A DNA stretch of 64,000 nucleotides from positions 21,770 through 85,769 of the forward strand of contig JAZOME010000022.1 of NCBI GenBank assembly GCA_045653685.1, given 5' to 3'. This DNA comes from Faecousia sp. (GTDB lineage: Bacteria > Bacillota > Clostridia > Oscillospirales > Oscillospiraceae). The first letter of the stretch is position 1; each line of letters opens with the position of its first letter. A program made the position numbers and the translations under genes. A model generated the notes under the pieces. That model was not told where the DNA came from, ran no database searches, and worked only from the letters and a program-made list of their open reading frames with translations. This document shows positions 40,574-49,423 of the stretch, one piece after another.

Positions 40574-42997
40574 ATGAATTACGAACACAGCAAAGTAGAG
40601 GCAAAGTGGCAAAAATATTGGGAAGAGCATGACACCTTCCACACTGATGTGTGGGACTTCTCCAAACCCAAGTACTATGTGCTGGATATGTTCCCGTATC
40701 CCTCCGGTGTGGGTCTGCACGCAGGTCACCCGGAAGGCTATACTGCAACGGATATTATGTCCCGTATGAAGCGTATGCAGGGCTACAATGTGTTGCACCC
40801 CATGGGCTATGACTCTTTCGGTCTGCCTGCAGAGCAGTATGCGGTTTCCACCGGTAACCACCCCAATGGCTTTACCCAGAAGAACATTGAAACCTTCTCT
40901 GGCCAGCTGAAAGAATTGGGTTTTGACTACGACTGGTCCAAGTGCGTAGCTACCTCTGACCCGGATTTTTATAAGTGGACTCAGTGGATCTTCAAAAAGC
41001 TGTTTGAGGCAGGTTTCGCTAAGCGGATTGAAATGCCTGTAAACTGGTGCGAAGAGCTGGGCACTGTTCTGGCTAATGACGAAGTCATCGACGGTAAGTC
41101 CGAGCGTGGCGGTTTTCCTGTTGTGAAAAAGAATATGATGCAGTGGGTAATTGACCAGCCTGCTTTTGCTGAAAAGTTGCTGGAAGGCTTGGAGGAAATC
41201 GACTGGCCGGAATCTACCAAGGAAATCCAGCGCAACTGGATCGGCAAGTCTACCGGTGTGGAAGTGGATTTCAAGTTGGTAGGCGGTGGCGAGTTCTCTA
41301 TCTACACCACCTGCATTGAAACTATCTACGGTATTACCTTTATGGTGCTTGCTCCTGACGGTAAGATCGTGCAGACCCTGATGGATCGCATTGAAAACCG
41401 GGAAGAAGTGGAAGCTTATATTGCGGAAGCTGCCAGGAAGAGCGATATAGACCGTACCGATGCCACCAAGACCAAGACCGGCTGCCCTCTGAAGGGGGTA
41501 TATGCCATCAATCCTGTCAACGGCAGAGAAGTACCTGTGTTTATTGGCGACTTTGTTTTGGGTAATTACGGTACCGGCGCAGTTATGGCTGTTCCCAGCC
41601 ACGACCAGCGTGACTTTGAGTATGCTATCGCCCACAACATTCCTATGGTTCAGGTTATTGAGGGCCGGGATGTTTCTGAGTGCGCTTTCGAAAAGCAGGA
41701 CTACCTGGGCAAGGGCTGCAAGTTGATGAATTCTGAAGAATTTACCGGCCTGACTGTGGAGGAAGCTAAGGAAGCTACCACCCAGAAGCTGGAAAATGCC
41801 GGTGTTGCCAGAAGAAAGAACAACTACCACTTCCGTGAGTGGATCTTTGCCCGTCAGCGTTACTGGGGTGAGCCTGTTCCTTGTGTGTACAACGAAAAGG
41901 GCGAAACCATCTTCCTGCCTGACGAAGAGCTGCCTTTGATCCTGCCGGAGTTGGAGGATTATAAGGGCAAAAACGGCAAAGCACCTTTGGAGAATGCAAC
42001 CGAATGGAAGCAGTATGACAACAATGGTATCAAGGGTCTGCGTGAAACCTCTACCATGCCCGGTTCTGCGGGATCTTCTTGGTACTTTATGCGGTACATT
42101 GATCCCAAGAATGATAAGGAATTCTGCGACCAGAAGCTGCTGGAGCACTGGATGCCCGTTGACCTGTACATCGGCGGCCCGGAACACGCTGTCGGGCACT
42201 TGATCTACTCCCGTATCTGGAATCGTTTCCTCTATGATAACGGCTTGTCCCCTGTGAAAGAGCCGTTTAAGAAGCTGGTACACCAGGGTATGATCCTGGG
42301 CGAAAACGGCATTAAAATGGGTAAGCGTTTCCCGGAATTTGTGGTCAACCCCAGTGACATTGTCCGTGAGTACGGTGCAGATACCCTGCGCCTTTACGAG
42401 ATGTTTATGGGCCCACTGGAAGTTTCCAAGCCCTGGAGCTCCACCGCTGTGGCCGGTGCAAGAAAGTTCATTAACCGTGTATGGAACTTCTTCACCGAAA
42501 CCCAGAATATTACCGAAACCGACGATGGCAAGCTGACTAAGGTCTACCATCAGACCGTCAAGAAGGTCACCGCTGACTTTGAGCAGTTGGGCTTTAATAC
42601 TGCCATTGCCCAAATGATGGTTTTTGTCAACGAGGTCTATAAGGTTGGCTCTTGTCCTAAGGAATACGCAGAAGGCTTTGTCAAGATGATTTCCTGTATC
42701 ATTCCCCATGTGGGCGAGGAAATTTGGCAGACCCTGGGCCACGACAATACCATTGCCTACGAGCCCTGGCCTACCTATGACGAGGCCAAGTGCAAGGATA
42801 CGCAGGTGACCATTGCAGTGCAGGTCAACGGCAAAATGCGTGGTACTGTGGAGATGGATGCAGACCTTCCTGACGAGGAAGTGGTTGCCAATGTCACCGC
42901 AGATGAGAAGATTGCCAAGTTCCTGGAGAAGCAGGGCGGAAGCATTTTTAAGACCATTGTGGTAAAAAATAAGCTGGTCAATTTAATTGTTAAGTAA
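40574..42997 (+). CDS. leuS: Leucine-tRNA ligase
   Basis: MFPYPSG.GLHAGH, GTGAVMAVPSHDQRD, RQRYWG, GG.EHA, VQVNGKMR. Confidence 0.97.
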   Translation: MNYEHSKVEAKWQKYWEEHDTFHTDVWDFSKPKYYVLDMFPYPSGVGLHAGHPEGYTATDIMSRMKRMQGYNVLHPMGYDSFGLPAEQYAVSTGNHPNGFTQKNIETFSGQLKELGFDYDWSKCVATSDPDFYKWTQWIFKKLFEAGFAKRIEMPVNWCEELGTVLANDEVIDGKSERGGFPVVKKNMMQWVIDQPAFAEKLLEGLEEIDWPESTKEIQRNWIGKSTGVEVDFKLVGGGEFSIYTTCIETIYGITFMVLAPDGKIVQTLMDRIENREEVEAYIAEAARKSDIDRTDATKTKTGCPLKGVYAINPVNGREVPVFIGDFVLGNYGTGAVMAVPSHDQRDFEYAIAHNIPMVQVIEGRDVSECAFEKQDYLGKGCKLMNSEEFTGLTVEEAKEATTQKLENAGVARRKNNYHFREWIFARQRYWGEPVPCVYNEKGETIFLPDEELPLILPELEDYKGKNGKAPLENATEWKQYDNNGIKGLRETSTMPGSAGSSWYFMRYIDPKNDKEFCDQKLLEHWMPVDLYIGGPEHAVGHLIYSRIWNRFLYDNGLSPVKEPFKKLVHQGMILGENGIKMGKRFPEFVVNPSDIVREYGADTLRLYEMFMGPLEVSKPWSSTAVAGARKFINRVWNFFTETQNITETDDGKLTKVYHQTVKKVTADFEQLGFNTAIAQMMVFVNEVYKVGSCPKEYAEGFVKMISCIIPHVGEEIWQTLGHDNTIAYEPWPTYDEAKCKDTQVTIAVQVNGKMRGTVEMDADLPDEEVVANVTADEKIAKFLEKQGGSIFKTIVVKNKLVNLIVK

Positions 42998-43037
42998 GAA
43001 AAAAAGCATATTTGGGTGAAAAATCCGGAAAATACTC

Positions 43038-43066
43038 TTGACAATCTGATTGTTTCAGCATATAAT
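43038..43066 (+). promoter_or_regulatory. sigma-A promoter of rpsU
   Basis: TTGACA-N17-TATAAT. Confidence 0.85.
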
Positions 43067-43136
43067 ATTCAAGCCTGATTGCAGGCCCTGAACGCATCCA
43101 GGAAATAGCCGGATGCCATCGGAGGGAGGGAAAACC

Positions 43137-43319
43137 ATGTCTGAAATTCGCGTAAAGGAAAACGAGTCCTTGGAGAGCGCTCTGCGTCGTTTTAAGCGTA
43201 GCTGTGCCAAGGAGGGCGTGATTGCTGAAGTTAAAAAGCGCGAGCACTATGTCAGCCCCAGCCTGAAGCGTAAGCAGAAGTCTGAAGCTGCCCGTAAGAA
43301 TAAGAGAAAGTTCTATTAA
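43137..43319 (+). CDS. rpsU: 30S ribosomal protein S21
   Basis: [21 protein letters not shown]...KREHY; GGAGGGAGG RBS. Confidence 0.97.
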   Translation: MSEIRVKENESLESALRRFKRSCAKEGVIAEVKKREHYVSPSLKRKQKSEAARKNKRKFY

Positions 43320-43343
43320 TTTTCCCTCATATTATTTGTGCTT

Positions 43344-43379
43344 AAAAACGGTCGAAGATTTTCTTCGACCGTTTTTTTA
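43344..43379. terminator. Bidirectional terminator rpsU/spmB
   Basis: aaaaacggtcgaaga / tcttcgaccgttttt. Confidence 0.88.
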
Positions 43380-43381
43380 TC

Positions 43382-43891
43382 CTAAAAAAATAGCTTTACG
43401 GATAGCGATGCCACCACAAACCCGGTAAAATCTGCAATCAGTGCCGCCGGAATGGTGTACCGGGTTTTTTGAATACCTGCGGCGCCAAAATAGACGCTGA
43501 CAGTGTAAAATGTGGTTTCTGTGGAGCCTAACATCACGGCTACCGTCCGCCCAATGGTGGAATTTACACCGTACTGGGCCATTAAATCTGCCCCCAGTGC
43601 CAGTGCCGCACTTCCGCTAACCGGGCGTATCAGAACCAATATGGCTGTTTCCGGGGGGATGCCAAACAGGGAGAACACCGGAGCAAAAAAACGGCTGAGC
43701 ATTTCCATAGCTCCGGAGGCACGAAGCATCGTGACAGCAGTTAATAGTAAAATCAGGGTTGGTACCAAGGATGCAAGAAGTTTTAATCCGTCTGTGGCGC
43801 CACCCAGCATCAGGGTATAAGCGTTTTCTTTTTTTCGCAAAGCCACAGTGCAGGCGCCGAATAATAAAATCGGAACCACATAATCCGTCAT
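43382..43891 (-). CDS. spmB: Spore maturation protein B
   Basis: RASGA, RPVSGS, GSTETTFYT...YFG; ATGA overlap with spmA. Confidence 0.92.
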   Translation of the reverse strand: MTDYVVPILLFGACTVALRKKENAYTLMLGGATDGLKLLASLVPTLILLLTAVTMLRASGAMEMLSRFFAPVFSLFGIPPETAILVLIRPVSGSAALALGADLMAQYGVNSTIGRTVAVMLGSTETTFYTVSVYFGAAGIQKTRYTIPAALIADFTGFVVASLSVKLFF

Positions 43892-44466
43892 TTGTGCCAC
43901 ACCTTTCCAAAAACCCAGGCAGACAGAAGCCCCAGCCCGGCAGAACAAATGCTGGTAAGCCAAACGGCTGGAAGAATGTCAAAGGGTGTTTGACAGCCCA
44001 ACCCGCCGCGCACGGCTGCCACATTCGCCGGAATAAGCTGAATGGAGGCGGTGTTCAGCACAATGAGCCGACATAATTCGTGGGAGGCGACACCGCCGGA
44101 ATGCGTTGCCATTCTCTGCGCCGCCTGAATACCCATAGGCGTTGCTGCATTGCCCAGACCTAAGAAATTGGCGCAGATATTGGCGCTGAGGCTTTGGGAC
44201 AAGGCTTTGTCAGTTCGGGTGCTGGGGAAAAGCCGGTACAAAAGTGGCTTTAATAGCTTGGACAAAAATCCTGTAAACCCCACCTTGTCCATAAGCCTTC
44301 CAACGCCACTCCATAGGCAGATAGAGCCGGCCATAGAAACAACCAGCATAGCCCCGGCTTGTGCGCCCTGGGGCACTGCGGCGGCAAGCTCGGCGCCCCT
44401 TCCCAATACCAGTGATGCAAACAGAGAAATCCCAATAAGTCCCGTAAAAATCCAACTCATAATCAT
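43888..44466 (-). CDS. spmA: Spore maturation protein A
   Basis: LWSG, ANFLGLGNAATPMG, LNTASIQLIP. Confidence 0.93.
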   Translation of the reverse strand: MIMSWIFTGLIGISLFASLVLGRGAELAAAVPQGAQAGAMLVVSMAGSICLWSGVGRLMDKVGFTGFLSKLLKPLLYRLFPSTRTDKALSQSLSANICANFLGLGNAATPMGIQAAQRMATHSGGVASHELCRLIVLNTASIQLIPANVAAVRGGLGCQTPFDILPAVWLTSICSAGLGLLSAWVFGKVWHK

Positions 44467-44487
44467 TTTGGACACCCCCTTTTTGTA

Positions 44488-44515
44488 AGTATATGCCTTG
44501 GGGTGGACAAATTGC
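44488..44515 (-). promoter_or_regulatory. sigma-E-like promoter of spmAB
   Basis: - strand reads GCAATTT-N13-CATATACT; spmAB is sigma-E dependent in Bacillus subtilis. Confidence 0.55.
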
Positions 44516-44533
44516 CGGGGATTGAAATAAGAT

Positions 44534-44563
44534 AAGGGGCAACTGCAGTTGCAGTTGCGCCTT
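44534..44563 (-). terminator. Hairpin after rsmI
   Basis: aaggggcaactgca / tgcagttgcgcctt. Confidence 0.6.
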
Positions 44564-44570
44564 CATATAA

Positions 44571-45398
44571 TCAGGAAAGGGAAGCGTCATAAACCACATT
44601 CTTAGGTAAGTTCAGCTCGCTGGCTGTCTGCTTCACCGCATCCTTGCGGCTCATTCCGCCTTCTATCAGCTCTGCCACACGCTTTGCAGCATCCTCCGGG
44701 GTAGCGGCGGGTGTTTCCTCAGGGACAGCACCGGCTAAAACCAGCACATACTCTCCCTTGGGAGGTTGAGAATTGTAAAGGTCAATAGCTTCGCCTAAGG
44801 TGGTGCGAATGACCTCCTCGTGAAGCTTGGTCAGCTCCCGGCAAAGACTGATGGGCCGGTCGTTGCCGAAAACCTCCGCCATAGACTCCAAGGTGCCTAG
44901 GAGCTTGTGGGGCGCTTCGTAGAAAATCATAGTCCTTTGTTCTTGGATAAGACTTTCCAAATGCTCCCGACGGCTTTTCTTGGCGGTGGACAAAAAGCCC
45001 TCAAAGCAGAACCGTCCGGTGGACTGCCCGGAGATACTCAAGGCAGTAATCACAGCGCAAGGGCCGGGAATGGCGCAGACCGTAATGCCAGCCTCGGCGC
45101 ATTGCTTCACCAAATCCTCGCCGGGGTCGGATATGGCAGGACTGCCGGCATCGGAGACCAGTGCACAGGTTTCTCCGGCTAAAATCCGGTCAACAATGAT
45201 ATTGCCTTTTTGTGCCTTGTTATGCTCGAAGTAGCTGACAAGGCTTTTTTTAATCCCCAGGTGGTTTAATAGCTTCAGGCTGACCCGGGTATCCTCGGCG
45301 GCGATAAAATCCACCTGCTCCAAGGTCTGGCGGCAGCGCTGAGAGATGTCTCCTAAATTACCGATGGGAGTGGGGACCAAATATAACATTCCGGGCAT
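44571..45398 (-). CDS. rsmI: 16S rRNA Cm1402 methyltransferase
   Basis: TPIGNLGD, EDTR, SDAGSPAISDPG, FYEAPH, RELTKLHEE. Confidence 0.96.
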   Translation of the reverse strand: MPGMLYLVPTPIGNLGDISQRCRQTLEQVDFIAAEDTRVSLKLLNHLGIKKSLVSYFEHNKAQKGNIIVDRILAGETCALVSDAGSPAISDPGEDLVKQCAEAGITVCAIPGPCAVITALSISGQSTGRFCFEGFLSTAKKSRREHLESLIQEQRTMIFYEAPHKLLGTLESMAEVFGNDRPISLCRELTKLHEEVIRTTLGEAIDLYNSQPPKGEYVLVLAGAVPEETPAATPEDAAKRVAELIEGGMSRKDAVKQTASELNLPKNVVYDASLS

Positions 45399-45409
45399 AA
45401 AAATCCCTC

Positions 45410-46099
45410 CTAAATATGATACAAGCGGCGGTAATAGTCGCTGGGGTTGCCGTATTTGTCAAACAGGAATTCCTCCTGCCATAAAAGTCCGGGCTTGCCG
45501 CCCTTGCGGCACTGCACCAGCACCAGCGTAACAGGGCCCAGCTCTGTGTGACGCAAAAGCAAAAGCTTCTTCGGCTCCAGGGTATGATGAACAGCCGTGG
45601 CAAAAATTTCTGCCAGCCGTTCCGGCCGGTGTACCAAATAAAAATCGCCGCCAAATTTTAGCGCCCATTGGGTAGCTGTCATCAGTGTTTCCAAACTGCA
45701 CAAATCCTCCCGACGGGCGTTGGGTAGGCTACTGCTTTTCGGGCCACCTGTAAAATAGGGGGGATTGGCAACACATACAGAAAAACTGCCGGGTGTAAAG
45801 CGTTGGGGGACAGAAGCAACATCTGCGCATATACTGGTAAGACGGTGCTGGATTTGATTGTCCTTGGCATTCTTCAGCGCCTGCAAATGGGCATTTTCGT
45901 CAATTTCCACGCCGGTGACCCGGCAGGTGTCATTTTCGGCGCAAAGCAGTAATCCCAATGTACCGCAGCCGGCGCATAAATCCAGCACAGTGTCATTTGT
46001 TTTACAGCTTGCAAAATGGGACAGGGCAATGGAATCTGTACTTAAAGGGAATGCTCCGGGACAGAGCTCCAAAGTAAAGCCATTATGCAGAGTTTCCAT
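45410..46099 (-). CDS. tRNA1(Val) A37 N6-methyltransferase family (YabB/TrmN6-like)
   Basis: DLCAGCG, NPPY, VHRPERL; upstream of rsmI. Confidence 0.82.
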   Translation of the reverse strand: METLHNGFTLELCPGAFPLSTDSIALSHFASCKTNDTVLDLCAGCGTLGLLLCAENDTCRVTGVEIDENAHLQALKNAKDNQIQHRLTSICADVASVPQRFTPGSFSVCVANPPYFTGGPKSSSLPNARREDLCSLETLMTATQWALKFGGDFYLVHRPERLAEIFATAVHHTLEPKKLLLLRHTELGPVTLVLVQCRKGGKPGLLWQEEFLFDKYGNPSDYYRRLYHI

Positions 46100-46124
46100 A
46101 CATTACTCCTGAAAGGGGATTGAT

Positions 46125-46169
46125 AAAAAATCTGCCTGCGTACCGGAAAACCGGCTGCGCAGGCAGATT
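46125..46169 (-). terminator. Terminator of the ferredoxin gene
   Basis: aatctgcctgcg / cgcaggcagatt stem followed by T run on the - strand. Confidence 0.8.
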
Positions 46170-46183
46170 GCGGAATCGGAGAA

Positions 46184-46354
46184 TCACTCTTCTACGATTG
46201 CTTCAACGGGGCAATTGTCAACGCAGGTGCCGCAGCTAACGCAGACATCAGCATCGATGACATAGGTCTCGTCACCCTCAGAGATAGCCTCTACGGGGCA
46301 GTTATCAGCACAGCTGCCGCACTTAACACAAGCATCAGTAATCTTGTAAGCCAT
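46184..46354 (-). CDS. fdx: 2[4Fe-4S] clostridial-type ferredoxin, 56 aa (absent from ORF track)
   Basis: Hand translation MAYKITDACVKCGSCADNCPVEAISEGDETYVIDADVCVSCGTCVDNCPVEAIVEE*; two CxxCxxCxxxCP motifs; GGAGG RBS. Confidence 0.96.
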   Translation of the reverse strand: MAYKITDACVKCGSCADNCPVEAISEGDETYVIDADVCVSCGTCVDNCPVEAIVEE

Positions 46355-46456
46355 GATTTTTCCTCCAATTTATAAGATAATCCTGCACCCAATATGTAAG
46401 GTGCAAGACTATTCTAGCACGGATTTTCAAAAATGCAATTCTTTTTTTTATATCTG

Positions 46457-46486
46457 GTATATTTTTTTGGACGATTGGGAAAAATT
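46457..46486 (+). promoter_or_regulatory. sigma-F-like promoter upstream of the ClpC paralogue
   Basis: GTATA-N15-GGGAAAAATT against consensus GYATA-N15-GGnnAnAnTA. Confidence 0.5.
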
Positions 46487-46507
46487 TCCGGATAAAGGGG
46501 GGTGGCT

Positions 46508-48832
46508 ATGCAGTTTTCACAGCAGGTGCAACAGATTATTCTTTCATCAAGCACTTTGGCCCGGCAACTGGGTCACAGCTATGTGGGCACAGCCCATCTG
46601 CTTATAAGCCTGGCAAAACAGCCGGGGCTAAGCGCTCAATTGCTATACGGTGCCGGATTTCAATGGGAAACTGCCCTTGCAATGGCGCAGGTTCTCTACG
46701 GAAAGGGAACACCGTCTTTGCCGCTACCCCAAGGCTTTTCTCACCAAGCACGGGCGGTTTTACGCAGAGCTGGTGAGGAGGCAAGGCTATTGAGTAGCCG
46801 TCAGGTGCAACCGGAGCACATTTTGCTGTCTATATTGCGTCAGGAGAAAACAGCAGCACGGGATTTACTGATTTTGGCCGATGTGGACGCACAGGAATTG
46901 TTTACCCGAACTGTGGAGTATTTGCGTTGGGAGGGAGCCAAAACGGAAAGCAGAAATAAGGAGGCGGTTACGACGAAACTGTTGGAGCAATTCAGCGAGG
47001 ATTTGCTGTTAAAGGCATCCACTATGGAGCCGGTCATCGGCAGAGACCGGGAGATTGAAACGGTGATTGGCATTTTGTGCCGAAAAAACAAAAACAATCC
47101 ATCCTTGATTGGAGAGCCGGGGGTGGGAAAAACCGCCATTGCCGAAGGCCTTGCACAGCGAATGGCCGCCGGAAATGTGCCGCCCCAATTAAAAGAAAAA
47201 AGGCTGGTCAGCCTAAATATGGCGAATTTGGTAGCCGGCACCAAGTACCGGGGAGAGTTTGAAGAGCGTCTGAGGGATGTGCTTTCGGAAATCAAACGCA
47301 GTGGGGATATCATTTTGTTTGTGGATGAAATGCACACAATCGTGGGAGCCGGGGCGGCAGAGGGTGCCATTGATGCCTCCAATATTTTTAAGCCGGCATT
47401 GGGCAGAGGGGAGCTGCAAATGCTGGGGGCGACCACCTTAACGGAATACCGCAAGCATATTGAAAAAGACCCGGCACTGGAACGGCGTTTCCGCCCGGTG
47501 CTGGTGGAGGAGCCTACTAAGGAAGCCACACTTTCTATTTTGCAGGGGCTGAAACCAGCATTAGAAAGACACCACCACCTGCGAATTACAGAGGAGGCTA
47601 TGACAGAGGCCATTCGTCTGTCTGTGCGTTATTTGCCGGATTTATTCTTGCCGGATAAGGCCATTGATCTTCTGGATGAGGGTGCAGCCCATGCCAGACT
47701 GGAGCAGCTACAGTCCGGGAAAAACGGACAGCGTCAGGAGCTGGAGCAGGAACTGCAGGAGGCGGTGAAGGAAGGACGGTTTGAAAAGGCGGCGCATCTG
47801 AGGGATAAAATGCAGCGCCTTGCCAGTCGTGGCGGTGAAATGCGCCGAAACCGGGCAGTTACCGGACTGGATGTGGCTTGGGCGGTTAGCGCCCGGACGG
47901 GAATTCCTGTGGGCAGACTGACAGCCAGCCAACGGCAGTGCCTTTTGAATTTGGAGCATATTTTGGAAAAAGAGGTAATGGGGCAAGCAGAGGCTGTAAA
48001 GCAAGTATCTGAGTGCGTGCGTCAGGGACTTTCTATCATCCGTGATGAAAATCGCCCCGTGGCCTGTATGCTCTTTACAGGCCCTACCGGCGTGGGGAAA
48101 ACGGAGCTTTGCCGGGTGTTGGCCCGAGAGTTGTTTGGCAGTGCGGATGCCTTCCTGCGGTTGGATATGACCGAGTATATGGAAAAACAGTCTGTGGCCC
48201 GTTTGATTGGAGCGCCTCCGGGTTATGTGGGTTATGAGGATGGCGGAAAGCTGACAGAAGCTGTCCGACGCAGACCCTATTGCCTTGTGCTGTTGGACGA
48301 ACTGGAAAAGGCGCACCCGGATGTGTCGGGAATTCTTTTACAAATTATGGAGGAGGGAGTGCTTACAGACTCCACCGGCCGTCGTGTCAGCTTCAAAAAT
48401 GCCATAGTGGTGGCAACCTCTAATATTGGAGGAGAGCTGAAAGGGGAGGGTCTGGGCTTCAATCCTCAGGGAAGAGACTCAGAGACCCAAGGACTGTTGC
48501 GACAGCACTTTACACCGGAATTTTTGGGGCGGCTGGATAAAATAATTTGCTTTGCACCGTTGCAGCCCCAGACATTACGGGAGATTGCAAATAAGTATTT
48601 GCAACAACTGGAAAAACGCACAGCCGCCTGCGGCATCGAATTACAATTGCCTCCGTGCTTGGGAGAAATCATCGGCGAACGGGCAGGGAAAAAGGACGGA
48701 GCTCGTCAACTGCGCCGTTTGGTAAGGGAGCAGGTAGAAGCGCCTCTTGCAGTGCACCTATTGGAAAGTACAAAGAAGCCAACAAAAATCCAGGCGCTTT
48801 GGAAGGAAGAACGGCTGGAATTTTCTCATTAA
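46508..48832 (+). CDS. ClpC-family AAA+ chaperone (stand-alone paralogue)
   Basis: Two Clp-N repeats, GEPGVGKT, AGTKYRGEFEER, UVR-like middle domain, GPTGVGKT, PPGYVGY, LGF loop. Confidence 0.9.
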   Translation: MQFSQQVQQIILSSSTLARQLGHSYVGTAHLLISLAKQPGLSAQLLYGAGFQWETALAMAQVLYGKGTPSLPLPQGFSHQARAVLRRAGEEARLLSSRQVQPEHILLSILRQEKTAARDLLILADVDAQELFTRTVEYLRWEGAKTESRNKEAVTTKLLEQFSEDLLLKASTMEPVIGRDREIETVIGILCRKNKNNPSLIGEPGVGKTAIAEGLAQRMAAGNVPPQLKEKRLVSLNMANLVAGTKYRGEFEERLRDVLSEIKRSGDIILFVDEMHTIVGAGAAEGAIDASNIFKPALGRGELQMLGATTLTEYRKHIEKDPALERRFRPVLVEEPTKEATLSILQGLKPALERHHHLRITEEAMTEAIRLSVRYLPDLFLPDKAIDLLDEGAAHARLEQLQSGKNGQRQELEQELQEAVKEGRFEKAAHLRDKMQRLASRGGEMRRNRAVTGLDVAWAVSARTGIPVGRLTASQRQCLLNLEHILEKEVMGQAEAVKQVSECVRQGLSIIRDENRPVACMLFTGPTGVGKTELCRVLARELFGSADAFLRLDMTEYMEKQSVARLIGAPPGYVGYEDGGKLTEAVRRRPYCLVLLDELEKAHPDVSGILLQIMEEGVLTDSTGRRVSFKNAIVVATSNIGGELKGEGLGFNPQGRDSETQGLLRQHFTPEFLGRLDKIICFAPLQPQTLREIANKYLQQLEKRTAACGIELQLPPCLGEIIGERAGKKDGARQLRRLVREQVEAPLAVHLLESTKKPTKIQALWKEERLEFSH

Positions 48833-48907
48833 AATAGAACAAGTGTTCTAAAATACGAAATTTCCCGGTTTTCCTGAAAAAATTTTGGAAAAACCGGGAA
48901 AAAAGTA

Positions 48908-48988
48908 TTGATTTTTGAAAAAATATCCGTTATACTGTCATCAAAGGGAGCAAAATGGTAGCTAAGTGGAGCAAAATGGAGTGAGGTG
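48908..48988 (+). promoter_or_regulatory. dcw promoter with MraZ-type tandem boxes
   Basis: TTGATT-N17-TATACT followed by about 10-bp periodic repeats aagggagcaa / aatggtagcta / agtggagcaa / aatggagtga. Confidence 0.7.
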
Positions 48989-48994
48989 AGCGCT

Positions 48995-49423
48995 GTGATT
49001 GGTAAATACCCTGCCAAATTGGATGATAAGAACCGTCTGTTTGTCCCGGCAAAGCTTCGTGGGGAGCTGGGGGAGGACTTTTATGTGACCCTGGGTGTTA
49101 ACTGCGGTCGCAGCTGCCTGACAATTTACACCGCAGCAGACTGGGAAACCTTGGTGCAGAACTACAATGCACTGCCCATTTCTCAGCGTTCCGCCGCAAC
49201 CAGTTTGATTTTTATGAATGCCAATCAGTGTAGCCCGGACAAGCAGTTCCGCTTTTCGCTGACCCAGTTTTTGCTGGACTATGCCGGAATTGGCAAAGAT
49301 GTGATGATTGTAGGCCGTGCCGGTCAGGCAGAGATTTGGGATGCAGAGGCCTTCCGTGAATTTGAGAAGGAAAATCTCACCCCCGAAAAGCTGCTGGCAT
49401 CCTTGGAGGCAATTGGTCTATGA
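48995..49423 (+). CDS. mraZ: Division/cell wall cluster repressor MraZ
   Basis: LDDKNRLFVP and PDKQFRF AbrB-like repeats, EIWD; probable GTG start 48995. Confidence 0.9.
   Translation: MIGKYPAKLDDKNRLFVPAKLRGELGEDFYVTLGVNCGRSCLTIYTAADWETLVQNYNALPISQRSAATSLIFMNANQCSPDKQFRFSLTQFLLDYAGIGKDVMIVGRAGQAEIWDAEAFREFEKENLTPEKLLASLEAIGL

Noticed and set aside
40199-42742. 847-aa ORF antisense to leuS
   Set aside because: Same antisense shadow effect; fully overlaps a well-supported essential gene
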